DNA from: an uncultured Candidatus Saccharibacteria bacterium
GTDB lineage: Bacteria; Patescibacteriota; Minisyncoccia; Phycocordibacterales; UBA9973
Direction: 5' to 3'
Assembly: GCA_964544225.1 (NCBI GenBank)
Contig: CAZIZK010000001.1
Span: 54,856 to 118,855 of the forward strand
Length of the DNA stretch: 64,000 bases
Part shown: one piece after another, positions 57,857 through 64,000 of the stretch
How the letters are laid out: each line of letters begins with the position of its first letter
How positions within the stretch are numbered: position 1 is the stretch's first letter
Translations under genes and position numbers: made by a program
The notes under the pieces: model-generated
The model's input: the letters and a program-made list of their open reading frames with translations, nothing else
Told to the model about the DNA's origin: nothing
Database searches by the model: none

Positions 57857-58462
57857 CTAAGATTTAATTCGTAATAAACGAGACATTTTAATACGAAATA
57901 AAATAAGACTTTTTATTAAGAATTGTGAAATAATACTTTTTGACGAGCCTTTCGAAAAAAAGTAATGGTTACTAAACCAAAATACATGATCAACTTCACG
58001 ACAATGTAACCCCCACATATTACCAAAAGGACCGTAGGCACAGCTCACCGCACGAATAACACCATCATAACACCTGACATACCATGTGTTATACGTATCA
58101 TGGTTTTTAATTACATGATTCTGGTCTTCAAGTTGTTGGAAAATTAAATATTTCCAGGTTGCCCACAATTCTTCAGGAGTAATGATTTGATTACCAATTT
58201 GTGCGCGGATTTCTCGGTCGTAGAGATTTATCTTGTTTTGGTATTTGATAAATCTCTGCAAGGGTACATTACCAACTAGCTGGGCCGGGACAAAAAAGTG
58301 TTCAATAAAACCATTGTCATGGAAAAACTCCATACAATGATGTTTACCTGTCGCAAACCATTCATGCGGATGGAAAGATTCATTAACGTCAGGTATTTCA
58401 ACATCAGATATTTTAATAATCATTAAATTTTTATTAAGAGTAGTTTGAAAGCATTTAAACAT
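57857..58462 (-). CDS. Hypothetical protein
   Basis: ORF only; start uncertain. Confidence 0.5.
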   Translation of the reverse strand: MFKCFQTTLNKNLMIIKISDVEIPDVNESFHPHEWFATGKHHCMEFFHDNGFIEHFFVPAQLVGNVPLQRFIKYQNKINLYDREIRAQIGNQIITPEELWATWKYLIFQQLEDQNHVIKNHDTYNTWYVRCYDGVIRAVSCAYGPFGNMWGLHCREVDHVFWFSNHYFFSKGSSKSIISQFLIKSLILFRIKMSRLLRIKS

Positions 58463-58477
58463 TTTTAATAATTATTG

Positions 58478-59233
58478 TCAAGCATTAAAATTTCCGATTT
58501 GAGTGCGGAGGATGTGCATAGCCAGGGCCGGAGTGCCTAGGGACTGGCCCAGCTCGTGTGCAATAGCGCGCACATATGTACCCGAGCTACAAGATATAAC
58601 TAATTTTACTATTTGGAATTCTTTATCTGGATCACCATCCAATACTTCATGCCACTTTGCCAGTATCTCCTCTTGACGAAAGTCGCCTTTTACCTGACCG
58701 ATACTATCGGTAATATATTTCATCAATTTCTTTCCTGTAATTTCTTTTGTCTTTTTTATTTCGATATTTTCTACAAAAACATCGTGGCTCGGGATTTCTA
58801 TCTCACCCAGTCTCCCCTCGCGAGCCCATTGGAACAATGGCTTGCCGGCAACGGTGCGTGAAGAGTATGGTGGGTATTTCTGATTTATCTTTCCGGTGAA
58901 ATTTTGTAGAATTCTAGGAATCTCATCCCCGGGATGTAGGGCTTCTTTCATCCCGGGGATGGACTCCTCAACTAACCCCAACAAATCATAAGTATCTGTG
59001 GCGAAGCCGAAGAGGACCTCTACCTCGTAAGTCTTTGGCATATTGTTGTATTGGTCCTTCTTTTGGCATTCATCGCCTGCCAATATGATCATAAGGCCCT
59101 CGGCCATAGGGTCCAGACGGCCAGCATAGGTCATGGGTACATGGGCATAGGATTTATCTTTATTTTTCACCCTATTTATACAGTCCAATGGGGTCTCGCC
59201 GGGCTTTTTATACTCTAATAGATATTTCTCCAT
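58478..59233 (-). CDS. truB: TruB-family pseudouridine synthase
   Basis: YAGRLDPMAEG, KTY, PPYSS, CSSGTYVR. Confidence 0.85.
   Translation of the reverse strand: MEKYLLEYKKPGETPLDCINRVKNKDKSYAHVPMTYAGRLDPMAEGLMIILAGDECQKKDQYNNMPKTYEVEVLFGFATDTYDLLGLVEESIPGMKEALHPGDEIPRILQNFTGKINQKYPPYSSRTVAGKPLFQWAREGRLGEIEIPSHDVFVENIEIKKTKEITGKKLMKYITDSIGQVKGDFRQEEILAKWHEVLDGDPDKEFQIVKLVISCSSGTYVRAIAHELGQSLGTPALAMHILRTQIGNFNA
58917..58967. repeat. In-frame palindrome inside the truB-like CDS
   Basis: CATCCCCGGGATG-12 nt-CATCCCGGGGATG perfect 13-bp inverted repeat. Confidence 0.65.
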
Positions 59234-59339
59234 ATCCTTATACTACCACAATAAATAAGCCATACCGGGATTGACTTTATGGGGTAAATAGGCTAATATT
59301 AGCCCCAGGTAGGTACATTATCTCTATCGTTACAAATAT

Positions 59340-59861
59340 TTGAAAGAACGCATAAACAATCAAATAAGGGCAAAAGAGCTCCGAGTTATATCAAGCACAG
59401 GTGAGAACCTAGGTGTTTTAAGTTTCAAAGATGCTCTAGATAAAGCTCAAGCCGAGGGGTTGGACTTGATAGAAGTTACTTCTACTACAGTTCCACCCAT
59501 CGCAAAGATAATGGATCATGGTAAGTACCAGTACGAGAAGAACAAAAAGCAAAAGAAGATGCGTACAGGGGCAAAACCTACTGAAACCAAATCAATCCAA
59601 ATAAAGATAGCTACAGGTGAGAACGACTTGTCCCTCAAAGCAAAAAAGGCAAGCGAGTGGATGAAGGAAGGCCACCGCATAAAGATAGAACTATTTCTAT
59701 CCGGAAGAGCAAAGTATATGGAGGAAAAGTTTCTAAGGGAAAGGCTTGATAGAGTTCTGCAATTCATAACAGAACCATACAAGATAGCCGAGGAATATAA
59801 GAAGGGTCCAAAAGGTCCAACTATTACAATAGAGAAGGATAATAAAAAAGTAATTAATTAA
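59340..59861 (+). CDS. infC: Translation initiation factor IF-3 (TTG start)
   Basis: RINNQIRA..LRVI, LDLIEV, KIMD.GKY.Y. Confidence 0.95.
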   Translation: MKERINNQIRAKELRVISSTGENLGVLSFKDALDKAQAEGLDLIEVTSTTVPPIAKIMDHGKYQYEKNKKQKKMRTGAKPTETKSIQIKIATGENDLSLKAKKASEWMKEGHRIKIELFLSGRAKYMEEKFLRERLDRVLQFITEPYKIAEEYKKGPKGPTITIEKDNKKVIN

Positions 59862-59865
59862 TTTT

Positions 59866-60054
59866 ATGAAAACAAACAAATCACTTACAAAGCGTTTGAA
59901 GGTTACAAGAAATGGCAAGATCCTAGCACGTGCTCCAGGGTTCAACCACTTCAATGCAAAGCAGTCACGTACAAAGCAACTAGGTGCTCGCAAGGGTAAG
60001 GCTATAAAGCTTTCAAACAAAGATATCAATACACACTTCCAAAGTGCAAATTAA
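59866..60054 (+). CDS. rpmI: 50S ribosomal protein L35
   Basis: KTNKSLTKRLKVTRNGK; between infC and rplT. Confidence 0.92.
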   Translation: MKTNKSLTKRLKVTRNGKILARAPGFNHFNAKQSRTKQLGARKGKAIKLSNKDINTHFQSAN

Positions 60055-60078
60055 TAGGTTTAATATAATTTAAATACA

Positions 60079-60423
60079 ATGACAAGAGTAAAAAGAGGAG
60101 TAATGAAGAATAAGAAGCGCAAGAACGTTCTAGCCCAGACAAAAGGCTTTCGTTTTGGACGCAGTACAAAGGAGGCTCAGGCAAAGGAAGCAATCCTTCA
60201 CGCAGGGTCATACGCTTTTGCACACCGCAAGGACAAGAAGGCCGACGCACGTAGCCTATGGACTACACGTATCAACGCTGCTATCCGCACATTTGACATG
60301 TCATACAGTAAGTTCATCGACGTACTGAAGAAGAAGAACATAATGATCGACCGCAAAATACTCTCAACTCTTGCAAAGGAGAACCCAGAGACATTCGCAA
60401 GAATCGTATCACAAGTTAAATAA
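60079..60423 (+). CDS. rplT: 50S ribosomal protein L20
   Basis: MTRVKRG, KGF, RSLW..RINAA, DRKILS.LA. Confidence 0.96.
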   Translation: MTRVKRGVMKNKKRKNVLAQTKGFRFGRSTKEAQAKEAILHAGSYAFAHRKDKKADARSLWTTRINAAIRTFDMSYSKFIDVLKKKNIMIDRKILSTLAKENPETFARIVSQVK

Positions 60424-60424
60424 A

Positions 60425-60468
60425 TACAAATAAAAATACCACCTTGTCGGTGGTATTTTTATTTGTAT
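60425..60468. terminator. Bidirectional terminator
   Basis: ATACAAATAAAAATACCACC...GGTGGTATTTTTATTTGTAT. Confidence 0.85.
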
Positions 60469-61851
60469 TTATTTACAGTCGATTATTACACTCTCCCCTG
60501 CAAGAGGGGTCACAGCAGTGATACCTAGATTATCCTTTATCCTTTGAGCTAGAAACATTGCAGACTTTGGCTCGCCCATTACTACGAATACTTTCTTCAA
60601 TGTCTTTGCAGAGTTACTGACGAATTCTAATAGGTGTGCTGAGTCCTTGTGTCCAGAGTATCCATGAATGTCGACAACCTTTGCATTTAGTGGTATATCC
60701 TGACCCAGTATGTGTAGCTTCTTCTTTCCATCGGCAATAGCACGACCAAGTGTACCTACTGACTGGTACCCCACGAGGAGTATGGTATTGTTCGGGTCAG
60801 ATAGGTAGTTGTGCTCGTGGTGAACAATACGCCCGCCATTGCTCATACCGCTACCTGCCATGATCACCTTTGGGTTTGGAGTACGTAGTATGGCCTTTGA
60901 GTCCTCTGTCTCTTGGGTAAAGTGGAGTCCTGGAAAGTTGAATATGTCATCACCCTTTGCTATCATTGCGCGAGTCTCGTCGTTGAAATACTGTTCATAC
61001 TTCTTGTAAACCTTGGTCAATTTTATAGCCAATGGTGAGTCTAGGAATATTGGCATCTTTGGGATCTTGCCTTCGTTGGACATTTCGTTTAACTCGTACA
61101 ATACCTCCTGAGTACGCTCGAGTGAGAACATCGGTACAACCAGTACCCCCTTCCTCTCAAAGTTGTCATTGATAACTTTTGCTAGGTTATCGCGCCTTGT
61201 CTCGCGCCCCTCGTGATTTCTGTCGCCATATACTGACTCCATGATCATATAATCGGCATCATTGATAACTTCTGTGTCGTGTAATAGTGGTGCTGGGGAA
61301 TTGCCCAGGTCGCCTGTAAAGACTATCTTCTTGCCATTGTAAACTACCTCTACCATGCCAGCCCCTAATATATGGCCAGAGTCTTTGTATGAGAATTGGA
61401 AGCCATGATCCACATTGATAGCCTGGTGGTACTCTACCCCCTCCCACATAGACATGACCTTCTTTATATTCTCCTCATTGTATATCTTGCTGAGCTTGTG
61501 TTCCTTGTCGTGTGAAAGAATATTCATTGTATCTTCGAGCATGAATGCAGAGAGTTCCTTTGTGGGTATTGTAGATATGATACGGCCATTGAAGCCTTCG
61601 GCCACCACCTTTGGCAAACGACCAATATGGTCGATATGCGCATGAGTAATAAATATTATGTCTATTTCATTTGCCGGGTATTTAAAAGCTTCCCAGTTTA
61701 CATCGTCGGCCAATTTCTCGCCCTGGATCAAACCACAGTCAATAATGAACTTCTTGCCATTCCCTTCTATTAAAAAGTTGGCGCCAGTAACAGTACCGGC
61801 CCCAGATGCAAATGTAATCTTTAACTTTGTGTCTTTTATTTCTTCACTCAT
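60469..61851 (-). CDS. MBL-fold beta-CASP ribonuclease
   Basis: THAHIDHIG, GHILG, TGDLG, ESVYG, YSGHKD. Confidence 0.92.
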   Translation of the reverse strand: MSEEIKDTKLKITFASGAGTVTGANFLIEGNGKKFIIDCGLIQGEKLADDVNWEAFKYPANEIDIIFITHAHIDHIGRLPKVVAEGFNGRIISTIPTKELSAFMLEDTMNILSHDKEHKLSKIYNEENIKKVMSMWEGVEYHQAINVDHGFQFSYKDSGHILGAGMVEVVYNGKKIVFTGDLGNSPAPLLHDTEVINDADYMIMESVYGDRNHEGRETRRDNLAKVINDNFERKGVLVVPMFSLERTQEVLYELNEMSNEGKIPKMPIFLDSPLAIKLTKVYKKYEQYFNDETRAMIAKGDDIFNFPGLHFTQETEDSKAILRTPNPKVIMAGSGMSNGGRIVHHEHNYLSDPNNTILLVGYQSVGTLGRAIADGKKKLHILGQDIPLNAKVVDIHGYSGHKDSAHLLEFVSNSAKTLKKVFVVMGEPKSAMFLAQRIKDNLGITAVTPLAGESVIIDCK

Positions 61852-61859
61852 ATTTATTA

Positions 61860-62258
61860 TTATACAGCTTTTGTAGGCTTTAAACTATCTTTTATTATGA
61901 ACAAGCCCATTATGCCCCCAGCCATGTCGAAACAAATATCGGAAACTGTATCGAGCTTGTTCCACACCTGCCCTGCGTATACATTGTTCACTAGGTATTC
62001 AAACACTTCCCACCCTACTCCTATGATCAATACTGCGAGCATGATGGCAGATACTGGTAGCATAGAGTACCTAGAAATAGCCCTGTAGAATATATAACCC
62101 ACCAACAACATGACCACTACCCCACCGAGGAAGTGCATAGGCATATCAAAATACCAGAATATGTAATACCACATAGCCTTCATGGCTATAAAGTTAATAA
62201 TAGCGACAAATATTATGAGTGTAGCGAGTATGGAGAGTATTTGTTTGCGAGGAATCAT
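61860..62258 (-). CDS. VanZ/DUF2238-like membrane protein
   Basis: D..MHFLGG, WEVFEY, DTVSD. Confidence 0.7.
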   Translation of the reverse strand: MIPRKQILSILATLIIFVAIINFIAMKAMWYYIFWYFDMPMHFLGGVVVMLLVGYIFYRAISRYSMLPVSAIMLAVLIIGVGWEVFEYLVNNVYAGQVWNKLDTVSDICFDMAGGIMGLFIIKDSLKPTKAV

Positions 62259-62316
62259 AAATATATTATACCAGAAAATAAAAAATCCTCTTCCTTGCGG
62301 AAAAGAATCGTTTATT

Positions 62317-62444
62317 TAGGGCTACTCCCGGAAATATTACCATAGCGTTACGCTAAGTGGGTGTGTTGCAATTAAAACCAAAGCTTCATTTGACGGACGC
62401 TCCCCTAAAAAATGTGTTCTAGGTAATACGCCGTAATAACCCTA
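62317..62444 (-). ncRNA. ssrS: 6S RNA (compact, ~128 nt)
   Basis: Rod TAGGGTTATT/AGTAGCCCTA and GTATTACC/GGTAATAT with central bubble; GGGGAGC and ACACCCAC motifs; TTGCAT-16-TATAAT promoter. Confidence 0.7.
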
Positions 62445-62568
62445 CATAAATTATACCTGAATGATGAACCTATGCAAGTATTTTTACAATAAACCACACC
62501 TTTGACACGTATACAAATGTGGTTTAGAAGAAGTTTGACTAAAAATCTGAAAGATATATATTAAGAAG

Positions 62569-63015
62569 ATGAGTAACTCAGAAAAAAATTGTGTCTATTG
62601 TACAAAAGAAGATATAAAAGCTCGTGAAATTGTGGGCAACGAGCATGCTTGGGTATTCCCTACCAATATTCCTATTGTGCCAGGGCATGTATTGATAGCC
62701 CCACGTAGGTGTGTAACTAAATACGAAGACTTGAATGATAATGAAAAAGAATCTATAGAAAAATTAAGGGTGCAAATAATAAATGCACTTCGTAAAACAT
62801 TTGGAGCTTGCGGGTTCAACTATGCTTGGAATGAAGAACCTGTGGCTGGCCAATCTGTGCCACACTTTCACCTACACGTACTACCCCGCAAAGAAGGTGA
62901 TGAGGGTATCACAGAGTACGAACCTCGTAAATTCCTCTACCGCCCTGGTAGCCGTGAAGCGACTCCTGAAGAAGAACTAGCAGAAGTAGTAAAAATAATA
63001 AAAGATAATCTGTAA
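62569..63015 (+). CDS. HIT family hydrolase
   Basis: CVYC, PGHVL, AGQSVPHFHLHVLPR. Confidence 0.92.
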   Translation: MSNSEKNCVYCTKEDIKAREIVGNEHAWVFPTNIPIVPGHVLIAPRRCVTKYEDLNDNEKESIEKLRVQIINALRKTFGACGFNYAWNEEPVAGQSVPHFHLHVLPRKEGDEGITEYEPRKFLYRPGSREATPEEELAEVVKIIKDNL

Positions 63016-63049
63016 AACAAAAATCCCCCATATAGGGGATTTTTGTTTT
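63014..63049. terminator. Bidirectional terminator
   Basis: AAAACAAAAATCCCC...GGGGATTTTTGTTTT. Confidence 0.85.
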
Positions 63050-63051
63050 AA

Positions 63052-63525
63052 TTATTTCTTGTGTTCAGCGTAGATAAAGTCTGCGTCTATCTTCTGATAT
63101 TCAAAAATTTCATCAGCTTTAAAGAAACGCTTTACTTCTACTTCACCGTTCTCTACAGAGTCAGATGCGTGTACAATGTTTGATTGTGTAGAAAGTGAAA
63201 AGTCGCCACGGATAGTACCAGCATTTGCCTCCCAAGCTTTTGTAGGACCAACAAGCAAGCGTAGTGCAGAGATAGCATTGATACCCTCAACTGCCATAAC
63301 TACAACTGGACATGCCTTCATAAAATCACGGATACCAGGGAAAAATGGCTTGTCTTTGATATGTGCATAGTGTTCTTCTAGAACTGCATCTTCTATACTC
63401 ATCATCTTCATACCGATAACTTTCAAACCTTTCTTTTCAACACGGCTAACTATCTCACCTATTAGGTTCCTCTGCACTGCATCGGGCTTGATAATAATCA
63501 GAGACTTTTCAAATGTAGGATTCAT
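63052..63525 (-). CDS. ndk: Nucleoside diphosphate kinase
   Basis: IIKPDAVQR, GTIRGDF, NIVHASDS. Confidence 0.96.
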   Translation of the reverse strand: MNPTFEKSLIIIKPDAVQRNLIGEIVSRVEKKGLKVIGMKMMSIEDAVLEEHYAHIKDKPFFPGIRDFMKACPVVVMAVEGINAISALRLLVGPTKAWEANAGTIRGDFSLSTQSNIVHASDSVENGEVEVKRFFKADEIFEYQKIDADFIYAEHKK

Positions 63526-63595
63526 ATAATTTAATCAAAATATTAATAAATAATAAGGTTATCTTAGCAAAAAAACCCTTAAAAATCAACCGTTA

Positions 63596-64000
63596 TTACT
63601 TCTTGTATTTATTCATGATTTCCTCTTCGACTTCGTCGCGGTCGCGACCATACTTTAGATATGATAGTTCTTTCAAACTCTCTACAATTGCCGGGTTACC
63701 CTGTGGTGGCATGAATGTCTTGATATTGAACGGCTTTGTGGGCTGGCCTTTTACGAGCATCGATACATACGCATTGTAGTTATCGATCTTCATTATGTCT
63801 TGTTTGGTAAAGACTGGCTTGAACTTGCTCTCTAGGAATTCGGCATCCTCGGCAGACACGCGGAACACAGCCATAGAACCCACGTTACCGAAGACTGCGT
63901 TCTTTATCTTTTCCTCCAGCTGGCTTATGTATTGGTGGGCAACAGTAAGTGATAGACGGTATTTACGAGCCTCGGAAAGGATCGATGAGATAGAGTCTGT
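63596..64000 (-). CDS. VirD4/TraG/HerA-like ATPase, C-terminal part (5' end beyond window)
   Basis: ILSEARKYRLSLTVAHQYISQL...AVFGNVGS...FRV..EDA. Confidence 0.8.
   Translation of the reverse strand, partial: TDSISSILSEARKYRLSLTVAHQYISQLEEKIKNAVFGNVGSMAVFRVSAEDAEFLESKFKPVFTKQDIMKIDNYNAYVSMLVKGQPTKPFNIKTFMPPQGNPAIVESLKELSYLKYGRDRDEVEEEIMNKYKK

Noticed and set aside
62376-62386. CAAAGCTTCAT shared with 7143-7153, suggesting 6S as the integration target
   Set aside because: It overlaps only 7 nt of the att core; an 11-mer match is plausible by chance in 64 kb
1-64000. CRISPR array, DGR, retron, IS transposase or rRNA
   Set aside because: No spaced repeat array, reverse transcriptase, transposase or rRNA sequence seen by eye

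Overview
The window looks like a Patescibacteria (CPR, Parcubacteria-like) chromosome. This is inferred from gene content, a tRNA-Ile(UAU) and apparently pervasive leaderless genes. The left ~29 kb is an accessory island that appears to be two related integrative elements in tandem, separated and closed by an exact 15-bp direct repeat (GCGACCCACAAAGCT at 7135 and 28868). Element 1 is truncated by the window start. It carries terL, a terS-like gene and a ParB-DNA methylase, followed by a LexA-like repressor, DUF2188, a TIR + caspase pair (type IV Thoeris-like) and DUF2726. Element 2 (~21.7 kb) carries nirK, a B12 module (solitary ECF S component, nrdJ, PduO) and a CsoR-controlled copper operon. 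It also has a large serine recombinase, an uncharacterised membrane protein + portal-like protein pair flanked by 11-bp direct repeats, a C4/CI-like cloverleaf antisense RNA with its own targets, and a second ParB-methylase/methylase/terS-like module with no terL or capsid. The right ~35 kb is host backbone: recG, Fur/ZIP, tRNA-Ile(UAU), ftsH, smpB-ssrA, a near-complete de novo purine cluster containing a duplicated structured intergenic element, a split phosphohexomutase, truB-like, infC-rpmI-rplT, a 6S-like RNA and ndk. All calls come from reading motifs by eye; no searches were run.
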